From IMG/VR virus record IMGVR_UViG_3300029893_000001, positions 248,001 to 312,000 of that record: a stretch of 64,000 bases of DNA, one strand, 5' to 3'. Positions within the stretch are counted from its first letter, which is position 1. Every line of letters starts with the position of its first letter. The notes beneath the pieces are model-generated. The model made no database searches. It saw nothing but the letters and a program-made list of their open reading frames with translations, and was not told where the DNA came from. Shown here one piece after another: positions 26,089 to 36,684 of the stretch. The position numbers were made by a program, and so were the translations under genes.

Positions 26089-28114
26089 ATTCAGTGATGA
26101 CAATGGTCACCTTTTAGACCTGCAGAGCCTTGTTGATCAAGTCATCAGCACGGGATTGGATCCTTCTGTCTTCGACGTTGACCTCGACGTCAGGTTTGCG
26201 AAGAACGTAATTGACTTTGCAGTTGGCCCGGAATTCATGAACATGAATTCGTTGTGGGCAAAGCAGGCTGAGCAGGCCGTTCGACTTTTTTGTGAGTATT
26301 GCCCCGACTGTAGCGACCAGGAATTTCTAGACAATGTACCAGTAGATGCGTCTGTAGGCACGTTTAGGTCTAAAGTTGTACTTCTGGAGCACGGCGTCTG
26401 TCCTCAATGTGAAAAGAACAAGTGTCAACTATTCGACAAGCTTCCATGGGAGCTTGTATCATGTCTTGGACAGCGCTCAGGAAAGACCGCGCTGACCGGG
26501 GGTGTTCTTGTTCCTTATTACATTCATCGATTTTTAGAACTGAAGAATCCCGCACGGTTCTACGGGTTGATGGCAAATGCGTTCTTTGAAGTTACGTTCG
26601 TGGCCGTCACGGCTGGACAGATTAAACGAACTCTATGGCAAGCCTTCAAAGAGGCTCTAGCACAGAGCCCGTGGTACAAAGACTACATCTCAAAACTTCG
26701 GCAGGTCGAACGTGATAAAGGCTTTGACAAGGGAACCCTAGTCAAAGTCATGGATAGCTACATTTGGTTTGGAAACAAGCAATTGGGATGCAGCTACGCC
26801 GCAGCAGACATGAAGTCATTGCGTGGCTCAACGCGAGTCATCGCGGCCATCGACGAATTAGGATGGTTCAACGCGAACAAAGAGGCGGTGCGTGCAAACG
26901 CCGAAGAGACGTACGCTGCACTCTCCAACTCACTACGAACGGTCCGGTCAGCTAGCGACAGGCTTTGGAAACAGGGCGAGTATCGAACAATGCCGGGCAT
27001 CATGGCGAACATCAGCTCGCCTAGTTCGCAGTACGACCGGATGATGGCTCTCCTGAAAGAGGGAGAGCGGGACAAGCGTAAGGTCTGCTTTCACTTGGCT
27101 TCCTGGGAGGCAAGTCCTCTCATTACTCGCGAGAGTCTTGAGACCGAGGAGCAGAACAACCCCGTCAAGTTTTGGCGTGATTTTGGAGCCATCCCTCCGC
27201 TTGCTGACAGCCCTTTTATTGAATCTGCGCGGGCAATTGCTGACATGCAGACGAACAGCAAGCCGCTGATTTCGTGGAGGGTCAAGTTCATCAAGGACAA
27301 AGTCGATCCGGAACGAAATCGGTACGTTGCTGCGGACATCATCGGCACCATCAGCGACAGCCGAACACGAATGATCCCGCGCTGTGTCGCTGTTGACTGC
27401 GGTGAGACGCAGAACTCATTTGCCATTGGCATCTATCATCTAGAGCCTGCAGCAGGAGAAGACGGCAGTCGATTCAACCTAGTAGTAGACGCAATCATTG
27501 AAGCAAAGCCAGAAAAGATTCTTGAGACTGGGGAAATCATCCCAGTGCATTTTCCCACAATGCTTCAGCTCGTGAAGACTCTATGCGACCGTAACAAGGG
27601 CCTTCATGTGAAGGCTGTTTTGTACGATCGCTGGCAGTCCACAGGTCAGATCCAAGAACTCCGAGAGATGAAGGTTCGTGCAGAGAAGTACTCTCCAAAA
27701 GAACAGGACTTCAAGAATTTGAGGAATCTGGTATACGGCGGAAACGTCAAGATGCCTAAATGGGAGCACAAAGAACTTACAGACCTGGACGTCACAGACA
27801 TTGACCAGGTACGGCAGGCTCCGTACACCCATATGGCCGTACAGTTCGCTACTGTCCGCGAAGTAGGAAAGAAGATCATCAAGCCAGAAGCAGGAGATGA
27901 CGACCTATTCAGGGCCACCGTCCTTGCATCATGGTACATGGTCGAAAACCAAAAAGATTTCCTTGTGAAGGTACAGAGCACCGCATCAGGTCAAACATCT
28001 CGGGTAGGCTCGTTAGCACTTAAATCAATGGGTCTCGGCTCTTACCGAGGCAATAGAGCCCGAACCAGCATTGGCGCAGTTCGGGGAAAGACCTCTTTCT
28101 ACGGGCGGCGATAA
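26072..28114 (+). CDS. terL: Terminase large subunit
   Basis: Walker A GQRSGKT, Walker B IAAIDE, ISSP coupling motif, nuclease VAVDCG / YDRWQS / GDDDL. Confidence 0.88.
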   Translation: MARQSRFSDDNGHLLDLQSLVDQVISTGLDPSVFDVDLDVRFAKNVIDFAVGPEFMNMNSLWAKQAEQAVRLFCEYCPDCSDQEFLDNVPVDASVGTFRSKVVLLEHGVCPQCEKNKCQLFDKLPWELVSCLGQRSGKTALTGGVLVPYYIHRFLELKNPARFYGLMANAFFEVTFVAVTAGQIKRTLWQAFKEALAQSPWYKDYISKLRQVERDKGFDKGTLVKVMDSYIWFGNKQLGCSYAAADMKSLRGSTRVIAAIDELGWFNANKEAVRANAEETYAALSNSLRTVRSASDRLWKQGEYRTMPGIMANISSPSSQYDRMMALLKEGERDKRKVCFHLASWEASPLITRESLETEEQNNPVKFWRDFGAIPPLADSPFIESARAIADMQTNSKPLISWRVKFIKDKVDPERNRYVAADIIGTISDSRTRMIPRCVAVDCGETQNSFAIGIYHLEPAAGEDGSRFNLVVDAIIEAKPEKILETGEIIPVHFPTMLQLVKTLCDRNKGLHVKAVLYDRWQSTGQIQELREMKVRAEKYSPKEQDFKNLRNLVYGGNVKMPKWEHKELTDLDVTDIDQVRQAPYTHMAVQFATVREVGKKIIKPEAGDDDLFRATVLASWYMVENQKDFLVKVQSTASGQTSRVGSLALKSMGLGSYRGNRARTSIGAVRGKTSFYGRR

Positions 28115-28124
28115 GGAGAGAAAC

Positions 28125-28484
28125 ATGGGCACCCCTGTTGAGAAATTCATTCGTGACGCTCATAAGCGCTACCAAATCAAGACTGCGCTTACAAACGAAG
28201 AGTTACGACGCATTCGTACAAAGCTGAAGCTGGCCGACATTCAGAATGAAGTGGAAGATGCTGACACGCCTCTGGCGTTGGATATCATCCTTGCAGATTA
28301 CGGCATGTCAAGTTCGAACATTCGAACGGCGAACTCGACGAGCCCGATGGGTCGCTCTGCGAATCCTGCTATTCGCAGTGCAGGCGGCTGTCCGCGATGC
28401 AGCCATGGAATGCAGTTTGTTCGTCTAGCTGAATCCGACGAGGCCCGCTATTGCCCGAATTGCCACGTTTGCATTCCGGTTTGA
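28125..28484 (+). CDS. Zinc-ribbon protein
   Basis: CPRC...YCPNC; AAGGAG RBS. Confidence 0.7.
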   Translation: MGTPVEKFIRDAHKRYQIKTALTNEELRRIRTKLKLADIQNEVEDADTPLALDIILADYGMSSSNIRTANSTSPMGRSANPAIRSAGGCPRCSHGMQFVRLAESDEARYCPNCHVCIPV

Positions 28485-28487
28485 GTT

Positions 28488-28835
28488 ATGGACCGCAAAG
28501 AAGCCAAAGCACTCATCGCAGATTTGTGGAAGGCAGGCCATAAGTCTGAAGCTCGGGCTATTATGCGTCTTGCTCGTGGTATGAATCACGATGAGAGAAA
28601 CCTTCAATTCAAGATCTTCAACGATGTCTTGAATGACATGGGTGTTAGGGAGCCGCGGCTCGATGTGGACGCCAAAAAGAGCATGGCGTCCTTCTTTGTT
28701 CATGGAATGAGCATCGTCGAATTCCCCCGATTTTTAGAAAGGCTTATGCGCAACTTGTACGAGAACGGAACTCGTAAGTACAAGCTTGACCACATTGATC
28801 GTAGAGATCCCATGCGCGTTTACATCAAGATGTAA
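28488..28835 (+). CDS. Hypothetical (probable head-associated) protein
   Basis: Operon context. Confidence 0.65.
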   Translation: MDRKEAKALIADLWKAGHKSEARAIMRLARGMNHDERNLQFKIFNDVLNDMGVREPRLDVDAKKSMASFFVHGMSIVEFPRFLERLMRNLYENGTRKYKLDHIDRRDPMRVYIKM

Positions 28836-28958
28836 GCAAAAATCATGAGCCTTCCCTAGAAATCAGGACGACACAAAGGGTTCATCCGTAAAATGAACAC
28901 ACTGGATCTCGGACCAACTTTTGCGGCTCTAGGTCCTCAGAAAGCTTCTCGGTAAGTA

Positions 28959-31319
28959 ATGTCATCCATTAAGTTCAACTTCGGCCGAATGCGTACCGCC
29001 AGTCTTCGCAAAAAGGCCCTAGGCCCAGGTGGCTTTGGTGGCTTCGGGGGCTCAAGCGGCTTCGGATTTGGCGGTAGTTCGGGCGGATTTGGCTTTGGTA
29101 GTCCAGGAGGACGCAACACTCACAACAGATTTAATCCTGTCTACGACGACCTATCAGAAGGCTCGATTATCGAGCAATTCATGCCGGTCGACCCACGTCG
29201 ACTGAATAGAATCTGGCGTCGAATCAAGCTACAAGACCCGGTTGCCGGCCCTGCTATCGACCTTTACTCAGAACTCCCGTGGTCCGATTTCCAGCTCATC
29301 GGTATCGAAGACCGGCAGATTGCACAGGTGTATCAAGACGCCCTAAATGCAATCAATCTGACCGCCCACATGCCAGAGATTTCGGCGGAATTCCTTTCGA
29401 TGGGAAAGGTTATAGGTCACCTGCTAATGGACGAGAGCCGTGGGATTTGGGAGCGGATGATCATTCACGATCCTGACTGGATTCGTGTTACCCCAATTCC
29501 TATGCCAGGCTTCCAGCCTAAGCTTGACATCATTCCCACACCGGATATGCGGAACTGGGCTCACTCTCAAGATGAACGGGACGTTGAAGCACAAAGGGAA
29601 GTTCGTGAGCTTGTTTCGATGATCCGAGCGGGTCAGGAGATTCCTCTGCCTCCGGAAAACACGTTCTACATTCCTCGTAGAACTGCCCCTTATGACGTTA
29701 TCGGTGCCAGTGCGTATACGCGCATCATCATGTTTGTGGCGTATGAAAAAGCTCTCGTAAACGCCACAATTGCTGCCAGTCGTAGGCGTGCATCTAGGAT
29801 CCGACATATAACGGCGGGTCTTGATGACGTCTGGGAACCTTCTAAAGAGGAGCTAGACGATCTTTCTGCTCTGTTCATGCAAGCAGATGAAGACCCGGTA
29901 GGAGCTATCGTGGTTACTCGTACTGGTGTGACAGCCAATGAAGTAGGCGGCTCATCACCCCAGGATATCGTCAAAATCTCTGATGAATGGCAGTTCTTGC
30001 TTCAAGGTAAGTTGAATGCACTCGGAGTTAGCGAAGCGTTCCTCACCGGAGAAGCAACGTACAACACGTTAGAGCAGCTAATGAGCGTCTTCTTGGAGAA
30101 GGTGAAGGCGCACCGTAAGTTCTTTGAGCATGCTCTAATCTACGAAAAGCTGTTGAAGCCCTTGGCTCGCCGTCACGGGTTCGTTCATAGGAAGAAGGCT
30201 GAGCTAGACCACCGAATTCGCATTGCTCAGGATGAGAGTGAAAAGCGCTACATTTTGCCTACTCTTGCTTGGGAGAAGTCTCTACGGCCTGTTGCAGACC
30301 GCGACTACCTTGAAATTCTCCAGATGATGGAAGAAAAGGGCATTCCGATCACAAAGCGCACGTGGACTAGCGCTGCGGGCTTCGATCTCGAATCCGAGAT
30401 GGAACAATTCGATGACGATCTAGAGACCACTCGTCAACTAGCTGCCCAGAAAAAGAAGATCACTCAAATCGCCCCCGATGCGGCAGGCGGAGGAATGGGT
30501 GGAGGTCTTGGCGATATGGGTGGCGGCCTCGGAGGAGATCTCGGCGGTCTCGGAGGAGATCTAGGAGGCCTAGGTGGCGGCGGTCTTGGTGATATGGGTG
30601 GCGGTCTTGGTGGAATGGGAGGGGACATGGGGGCCGGTGGTGGAGGCCTCGGGGATATGGGTGGCGCTGGGGGTGCTGGTGCCGGTGCTGGCGGACCTGG
30701 AGGCGGAGGTGCTCTTCAGCTTCCCCAAATCGGAGCATCATTCCGCGGAGCAGCAGCCAGGCATTATACCGAGGACCGAAAGGCTATTGATCTTCTTCGT
30801 TCTCTGCCCATCTGGAATAAGAAGGCAGAGTTTATGGGTGTTCATGTAGATATGGCTGAATTGGCCACTCGTCGTCTACTAGACAATCTTGGCCAACGAC
30901 TAACCAGGAATCTCACAAAAGCTGAGACTAGACGCATCCTAAACACCGGGAACAACAGAAGAGATCAGGTTTTGAGATATATCCTGACGCGAATCGGTGT
31001 TATCCGTAACGCTGATATCAGTAGAACTGTAGCAATGGATATCCAGCGGGAACTTCAAGCCTCACTGAGAGGGAACCCAAGACTGCTTGGGGCTGAACTA
31101 AAAGCAGTGTTGGCTTGCGTGAACTCAAGGGAGATTCAGGCATCACTCGAAGATGCCAAGCGAGACCAAGAATACCGGAACTCCTTCTTCAAGGAAAGTT
31201 CTGCTCCAGAAATGTCAAACGACCTAAAGCAGAGTATCTCTGGTGAGAAACGATTTGTGTCAGACCGAAACCTACTCACTGGTTTTGTTCACGACAAGAA
31301 GATGGTCGAGGGTGAATAA
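28959..31319 (+). CDS. Portal protein with Gly-rich N-terminal and internal segments
   Basis: Lies between TerL and the protease; 'DPVAGPAIDLYSELP', 'ALGVSEAFLTGEATYN' portal-like motifs. Confidence 0.8.
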   Translation: MSSIKFNFGRMRTASLRKKALGPGGFGGFGGSSGFGFGGSSGGFGFGSPGGRNTHNRFNPVYDDLSEGSIIEQFMPVDPRRLNRIWRRIKLQDPVAGPAIDLYSELPWSDFQLIGIEDRQIAQVYQDALNAINLTAHMPEISAEFLSMGKVIGHLLMDESRGIWERMIIHDPDWIRVTPIPMPGFQPKLDIIPTPDMRNWAHSQDERDVEAQREVRELVSMIRAGQEIPLPPENTFYIPRRTAPYDVIGASAYTRIIMFVAYEKALVNATIAASRRRASRIRHITAGLDDVWEPSKEELDDLSALFMQADEDPVGAIVVTRTGVTANEVGGSSPQDIVKISDEWQFLLQGKLNALGVSEAFLTGEATYNTLEQLMSVFLEKVKAHRKFFEHALIYEKLLKPLARRHGFVHRKKAELDHRIRIAQDESEKRYILPTLAWEKSLRPVADRDYLEILQMMEEKGIPITKRTWTSAAGFDLESEMEQFDDDLETTRQLAAQKKKITQIAPDAAGGGMGGGLGDMGGGLGGDLGGLGGDLGGLGGGGLGDMGGGLGGMGGDMGAGGGGLGDMGGAGGAGAGAGGPGGGGALQLPQIGASFRGAAARHYTEDRKAIDLLRSLPIWNKKAEFMGVHVDMAELATRRLLDNLGQRLTRNLTKAETRRILNTGNNRRDQVLRYILTRIGVIRNADISRTVAMDIQRELQASLRGNPRLLGAELKAVLACVNSREIQASLEDAKRDQEYRNSFFKESSAPEMSNDLKQSISGEKRFVSDRNLLTGFVHDKKMVEGE
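30483..30710 (+). repeat. Coding Gly-rich repeat (GGLGDMGG)n in the portal
   Basis: Degenerate ggcggt/ggaggt/gatatg units. Confidence 0.85.
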
Positions 31320-32050
31320 TGCTGAAGCTTGGAGATGCTACCTTTGACACTCGTGTCTTTGAGGGGGTTTCTTGTGAGACCCATCGAGACGTAACCGGTA
31401 AGCTTCGTGTTGCGTCTGAGAACATCCTCAACAAGACCCGCAGCCTTGACATCTCTTGGTTGCCGATGGCTGCAGAGCAATACCAAATTTCGGCAGACAT
31501 CCGCGACTACATTATCAATGAAATCCCGATCGTTACTGTCGGGTGTCCCAATCGTAATCTCGATGAGTTTCCGTATGACGAGGTGACCTCCTTCAATCCA
31601 GAGCTGGGTCGCCTCGTGTACCAAACTTTCATCGGAAAGCCGACGCATATGGATCACGACAATCGTGATCCGCGAAAAGCGAAGGGCGTTCACTTTGATG
31701 CTTCATTGCAGAAGACCGCAGACGGTCGCTACAAAATCGTAGTGCTTGCGGGCTGGGACAGGACCAAGGACCGTGACCTAGCTAATTCGATTCTACGTCG
31801 AGATCGCACCGGATTCTCAATGGGAGCGCTCGTAAGTTACACGCAGTGCAGCTATCCGGGGTGCGGAGCAGTCTCCCCGAACGGCAAGATTGCTTGCCGT
31901 CACCAAGAGTACGGAAGGGGGAAGGGACGAATTCTTGAGGGGCACCTCGTCTATGAACGCTGTTACCGAGTGAACTTCATCGAAACCTCTTCTGTTGCTG
32001 ATCCTGCCGATCATACTGCTCATGATCGATGGGTTAAGCAGTGGACATGA
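31319..32050 (+). CDS. Prohead (capsid maturation) protease
   Basis: 'NRNLDEF', 'FIGKPTHMDHDN' (His), 'GFSMGA' (Ser), 'FIETSSVADPAD' in the HK97/herpes-type protease pattern, with a Zn insert. Confidence 0.82.
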   Translation: MLKLGDATFDTRVFEGVSCETHRDVTGKLRVASENILNKTRSLDISWLPMAAEQYQISADIRDYIINEIPIVTVGCPNRNLDEFPYDEVTSFNPELGRLVYQTFIGKPTHMDHDNRDPRKAKGVHFDASLQKTADGRYKIVVLAGWDRTKDRDLANSILRRDRTGFSMGALVSYTQCSYPGCGAVSPNGKIACRHQEYGRGKGRILEGHLVYERCYRVNFIETSSVADPADHTAHDRWVKQWT

Positions 32051-32078
32051 TCACCGACCTCTCTGACCGATAACTCAG

Positions 32079-33197
32079 ATGTCCCTTTCTCAAAAGACAG
32101 CGTCTCTGGTGTTCAAGGAAGCTGATGAGGCCGCTTCTAGGTTAGCAGATGCTCTGGCTAAAAGGATCGGAGTAACGCCTATCCACGGCCATCGCGTGCC
32201 AAGAGCTGCGAGAGAAGGACATACCGAAGCTCCTATCATTGCTTCGTCAACGATGGGAAGCCACGAAGAACCCGAGCCTTTCTTGGAGATTCTGCACCCA
32301 AATCCAAAGGTTGCCTCCTGGCTTATCGCACAGGCAGAAAAACTTGCTCCCAAATACGGCTTACATCCCGAGTGGGATGATGATTTCTTCGATGGTAGGT
32401 ACCAAAGAGTATCCTTCAGTTGGCAGGGAGCTTTTGGACAGGAAGCGGTATCAGCATCCACTCGACTGGCTTCACCTCAGGCGCTTCGCCATGTCCAAAC
32501 TCAAACAAGTCTTCTCTTGAAGAAGATCAAGTTTGCCAGAACTCGGAGTGAAGTTGCTCTTGATGAATTGAAGTCTTCTGACGATCCTGCAAAACAGGAG
32601 GCGGCGAAGGAACTAGAACAGGTCCTCCCCAATGTGCTGGCGTCTCTTGATCAAGCTGAAGAAATTCTGCGTAGGGTTGGCCCTCTCTCCTCCAGAATTA
32701 ATGCAAACAATTACCAGCAAGTGATGAGCCATATAGACCAAGCCTTGTCGGAAGGCTTGATGGGGTTCAACACGTGGGGCAAGCAGACAGATATCCAGTT
32801 GGGAAATCTGAGGGAAAAACACGAGAAGCTTGCAAAGCAACTTTCCGAACTCGTTCGAGAGAGATTTAAGCAGGCGCTTCGCCAACTGCGAGAAGAAGGG
32901 TTGTCCCCGGATCAGGCAGGGCTAAAGGCCAGCCAATCTCCTGCAATTCAGAAAATGATGCTTCTCTCGCAGAGAACCAAGTCCAAGCTGGAAGCGATCG
33001 ATTTGGTGTTCCACGAGCTGAAATCGCTTTTTGAGACTTCTCAGCCAATTATAGAGAAGCTCAAGTACTTCTATTCTGTACTTGAATCGTCTTTGCAGCC
33101 GAGAAAAACGGCTGCCAAGTTCCAGGCTCAAAAAAGACTACGTCGCGTAGCTAAACGAATCGTCTTACTCGCATATTTACGAAGCAAGTCCTTGTGA
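32079..33197 (+). CDS. Hypothetical (probable internal head) protein
   Basis: Long helical ORF with [KR]xA motifs. Confidence 0.7.
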   Translation: MSLSQKTASLVFKEADEAASRLADALAKRIGVTPIHGHRVPRAAREGHTEAPIIASSTMGSHEEPEPFLEILHPNPKVASWLIAQAEKLAPKYGLHPEWDDDFFDGRYQRVSFSWQGAFGQEAVSASTRLASPQALRHVQTQTSLLLKKIKFARTRSEVALDELKSSDDPAKQEAAKELEQVLPNVLASLDQAEEILRRVGPLSSRINANNYQQVMSHIDQALSEGLMGFNTWGKQTDIQLGNLREKHEKLAKQLSELVRERFKQALRQLREEGLSPDQAGLKASQSPAIQKMMLLSQRTKSKLEAIDLVFHELKSLFETSQPIIEKLKYFYSVLESSLQPRKTAAKFQAQKRLRRVAKRIVLLAYLRSKSL

Positions 33198-33268
33198 CCC
33201 GGATTTGAACGCTGGTGTTCATCTCCCTCACCCCTTGCTCTTGGGCCCAACCGAAAGGTAAAACCAAA

Positions 33269-34234
33269 ATGGCAAAGCACGATGCAGCAGCCTTAAGAGC
33301 AGCTCGCCAGAAGCGCCTCGCGGCACGCCAGGCCGTGACAGCTTCTGAGAGCAAGCAGTCTGAACAAAAGTCTTCCGATGAGCAGCGCACCGCCGCCCCC
33401 GTCACCGCACCTCCTGCTAGTGCGGTTCCGGACAAGATGGCGTGCCCGGTGGTCGATCCCACGATGGTTCCCAAGACCGCAGCAGTTGATCTGCTTCTCT
33501 ACGGAGAGCAGACCGAGAACCCCCACTGGGTGGTTCTTGCTGGTGGTCGCCCGGTTGCCGAGATTCGTCTCGAAGACCAGGAGGAGCCGCAGAAGATCGC
33601 GAAGCTTTTCATCACTGAGAAGTATGCCGAGGGTGTTCGTGAGGCAGCTAAGTCCTTCGACTTTGCTGAGGTATTGGCTGGCGTTCGCGCCCGTCCATAC
33701 GTCGCAGCAGTTGCAGGAAGTGATGCGTTCCAGCGCATCGAGGCTGCTGCGGCAGACAAGGCCAAGGCCGAGCTTCGCAAGGCCAAGGCAGCTCTCCGCG
33801 ACGACGCACTCAATATGCTTAACCTGGTCGTAGTTGCTCAGACCAAGAACTTCATTTCGGAGAACGTGCTCAAGTCAGAGCTGTTCAACCGAATGATTGA
33901 GGCTGGTGTAACTGACCGTCAGGCTGTCGCAATCATTGAGGCTGCTTATCAGGCAAAGGCTCCCGAACACTTCGAGAACTGCTTCAAGCAGGCCTTCAAG
34001 TGGATGGACCTCCAGCCGGAGGCTCTCGCGGAGCTGGAAGAGCAGATCAAGGGCCTTTCTCATCGCACTCCCGTTGTTGCGGAGTCCGAGGAAATTCCCT
34101 CCGCCAGGTCTGCTTCTAGCCACATGCACAACATTCCTCTGGAGACTCGCTCTGCGTCGTACTCGGAAGAGTCCGACGACAAGAGTCATCTCCGCGAGGC
34201 GTTGGGCTTCCGTCGGCGGATGCATAGTCGATAA
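33269..34234 (+). CDS. Putative scaffold protein
   Basis: Helical and Ala-rich; lies between the protease and the decoration/capsid genes. Confidence 0.55.
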   Translation: MAKHDAAALRAARQKRLAARQAVTASESKQSEQKSSDEQRTAAPVTAPPASAVPDKMACPVVDPTMVPKTAAVDLLLYGEQTENPHWVVLAGGRPVAEIRLEDQEEPQKIAKLFITEKYAEGVREAAKSFDFAEVLAGVRARPYVAAVAGSDAFQRIEAAAADKAKAELRKAKAALRDDALNMLNLVVVAQTKNFISENVLKSELFNRMIEAGVTDRQAVAIIEAAYQAKAPEHFENCFKQAFKWMDLQPEALAELEEQIKGLSHRTPVVAESEEIPSARSASSHMHNIPLETRSASYSEESDDKSHLREALGFRRRMHSR

Positions 34235-34256
34235 CCTCTAAGAGGGAGAGTAAAAC

Positions 34257-34964
34257 ATGGCATTCGATCTTACACGTTCCTATTTCAATGACATCCGTGA
34301 GCGAGCGGTTGCCCCCGGTGCCACAATCACCGAGGAAGGCCAGCTACTTATGTATGTCGACGCAGGTGACGGCACCCTTGCGGTGCAGCCTTCTGCGGGT
34401 GCTGCTACTGACCGTGTCGCTGGTTTCGCAATCACTGATGCGCTCAAGTACGTTACCCAGACTGTCGTTGAGAGTCTGACCGTTCCCGCAGGCGGCGGCA
34501 CAGTCTCTCTTCGTCAGAACAACCTGACGGCTAACGATACGCGAGCAGTCGCGTCTACTACCGGTGTTCTTACCGAGGTAGGCGGCGCCCCCGCGGCTGG
34601 TCAGTTCCAGATGAACAACGCGGACGGTACCATCACGTTCAACGCTGCTGAAGCAGGACAGACCGTGACAGTTACCTATCGCTACACCCCAACTCTTGAT
34701 GAGGCTCTTGCCACTTGGCACGAGCGTTCCATCAACAACCGCGCTCAGGACTACTTCAGCACCGTTGGCGTTGGTTGCATGGAGGGTGAGATCTTTACCA
34801 CGATGTACGACACAACGCAGGCCTACGCAGTAGGCAATGTCGTGAACTCTGGTGCAGGCGGCCAAGTGACGACGGCTGCTGGTGGCGTGGCCATCGGCAT
34901 CGTTTCCCAGGTCCCGTCTGTGGCAGATGGTCGTCTTGGAGTGAAGTTCTCCGGTCTCTCCTGA
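34257..34964 (+). CDS. Putative head decoration/cement protein
   Basis: Small-residue beta-rich protein upstream of MCP with an inserted beta-domain. Confidence 0.65.
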   Translation: MAFDLTRSYFNDIRERAVAPGATITEEGQLLMYVDAGDGTLAVQPSAGAATDRVAGFAITDALKYVTQTVVESLTVPAGGGTVSLRQNNLTANDTRAVASTTGVLTEVGGAPAAGQFQMNNADGTITFNAAEAGQTVTVTYRYTPTLDEALATWHERSINNRAQDYFSTVGVGCMEGEIFTTMYDTTQAYAVGNVVNSGAGGQVTTAAGGVAIGIVSQVPSVADGRLGVKFSGLS

Positions 34965-34991
34965 ACCTAAGCGGTAACCAACCCGCAAAAC

Positions 34992-35026
34992 CAAAAGGCC
35001 GAGTTGGAAATCAACTCGGCCTTTTG
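34992..35026 (+). terminator. Intrinsic terminator
   Basis: CAAAAGGCCGAGTTG-gaaat-CAACTCGGCCTTTTG. Confidence 0.85.
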
Positions 35027-35038
35027 TATTTTCTATGC

Positions 35039-35335
35039 ATGACAATCACAGTCCCTGCCAATGTTCAGCATCCACCAGCAGTCAATGGCTTTGACCAGCT
35101 CAATTACCCATCAGTTGGGATTCAGCAACAAAGCTTGTCAGCAACAACGACCGTTGATGCAGAAGAACTGTCTGTCACGGCTACCGTCTCCTATTCCGAT
35201 GGGACCTCGGAAGCAGATATAGCCGTCGTTCCAGAGCTTCGTCCCTCTCACAATGCTGCACTACATGTAGTCGGACAGGCTTTCCTGGAGGCAATTCCCG
35301 GGTTAACGGAGAATAGAATTCGACGGTTCAGATGA
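35039..35335 (+). CDS. Small hypothetical protein
   Basis: ATG 35039. Confidence 0.55.
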   Translation: MTITVPANVQHPPAVNGFDQLNYPSVGIQQQSLSATTTVDAEELSVTATVSYSDGTSEADIAVVPELRPSHNAALHVVGQAFLEAIPGLTENRIRRFR

Positions 35336-35547
35336 TTTTTCTTCGACCACGGAGAAAGACTTCTTAAAGTCATTCTCTTATGTGATTCATGTTCGAGAAA
35401 GTCTTACCCGGAATACATGCCGGGACTCAAGAAGCTAGTATGAGATTGCCTTTAGGAGACAGGGCTCTCCTTCCAAACCAAGCTCGAAAAAGACTGAAGT
35501 AGAGAGTTTCCAACAACCAACCCCTTTTCTCTGAAGTGAGAATAACA

Positions 35548-36678
35548 ATGGCAAACCCGTACGCTTCTGGTCCCGGTGTGAAGGTAATGCGGCAGGCTCC
35601 GGACGTTCCCGCAACCTCTGAGGATGGTCTTCGAGGTGGTGTTCGTCTGGCTGGCGGCCGTACTCAGCTTTCTGCTGGACCCGCATTTGGTCGCAATGGT
35701 GAGCTAAACGCTTCTTCGAAGCGCGAGCTTATGCAGGTTATCGGCAACGTTCTGCATCAGGCTCGGGAGAATGTTGTAACCCAGCGCCATGCTTCGGCTG
35801 AAGAGTCGATGCAGCGTCTTGCCCACCTTCGTGAGGCCTACTACGACAAGTCTGGATCCAAGTTCCAGGTTCTCGGAGAGGTCATCTCGGAGGAGATCTG
35901 GGAGACGTTGGGCCGTGAAGGCTTCTCTCGTCGACTCCTTTCGGTTATGCCCCTTGCAAAGGGTCAGACCGGCCGAGTCAAGGTTCGTCGTAAGGACGTT
36001 GTTGCGTTCCAGATCACGACTGACGTCAAGGTCCAGGAGCAGCGCATTCGTCAGCCTTGGGTATACCCGCCCGAGTTCTACCTTGCGGCACACATCCTTA
36101 TCGAGGACAAGGAAATCGAGCAGGCCTCAACGGACATTCTCGACGAGAAGTTCCAGGATGGTCTAGAGGCAATCCTTCGTCGTGAAGACCTCATCACCCG
36201 CGCTCTTTTGAACCGCGCAGCAACCACGTTCAACGACTTGGTGCTCTTCACGACATTCAACCCATCTGTTCTTACCACGCTTCGTACTCAGGTTAACCGC
36301 TGGGGTACGCCGGCTGCAACGATGGTAATCGCCTGGGATATCTGGGATGACATCATCGCCGACGCCGACTTCGTGGCTTGGTGGGATCAGGTCCACAAGC
36401 ATGAGTTGATCCTTGAGGGTCGCCTTGGCTCCATGCTTGGAATGGAGATCATCACGGATGGTTACCGCTACGAAACCTTGCAGGTTCTTCAGCCTGGTGA
36501 GGTTTACGTGACGGCCTCCCCCGTGACGCTCGGAACCATCACGCAGCGCAAGGAGCTGGACTCTCGTGCCATTGACCAGTACAACATGGGCCGCCCGGCT
36601 CGTGGCTGGTTCATGGAGCAGATCCAGGGCCAGGTAATCGTGAATGGTCGTGCCGTCAACCGTGGCGTCCGCGTCTAA
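35548..36678 (+). CDS. Major capsid protein (HK97 fold, probable)
   Basis: Size and position after protease/scaffold/decoration; 'REGFSRRLL', 'PPEF', 'AILRRED' E-loop/spine-helix pattern; followed by a terminator. Confidence 0.82.
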   Translation: MANPYASGPGVKVMRQAPDVPATSEDGLRGGVRLAGGRTQLSAGPAFGRNGELNASSKRELMQVIGNVLHQARENVVTQRHASAEESMQRLAHLREAYYDKSGSKFQVLGEVISEEIWETLGREGFSRRLLSVMPLAKGQTGRVKVRRKDVVAFQITTDVKVQEQRIRQPWVYPPEFYLAAHILIEDKEIEQASTDILDEKFQDGLEAILRREDLITRALLNRAATTFNDLVLFTTFNPSVLTTLRTQVNRWGTPAATMVIAWDIWDDIIADADFVAWWDQVHKHELILEGRLGSMLGMEIITDGYRYETLQVLQPGEVYVTASPVTLGTITQRKELDSRAIDQYNMGRPARGWFMEQIQGQVIVNGRAVNRGVRV

Positions 36679-36684
36679 TCTCAC

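Noticed and set aside
34344-35045. Long antisense ORFs (e.g. 233 aa opposite the decoration gene; 6975-7604; 21249-21827; 36163-36705)
   Set aside because: Shadow ORFs of strongly biased real genes, with no recognisable motifs.
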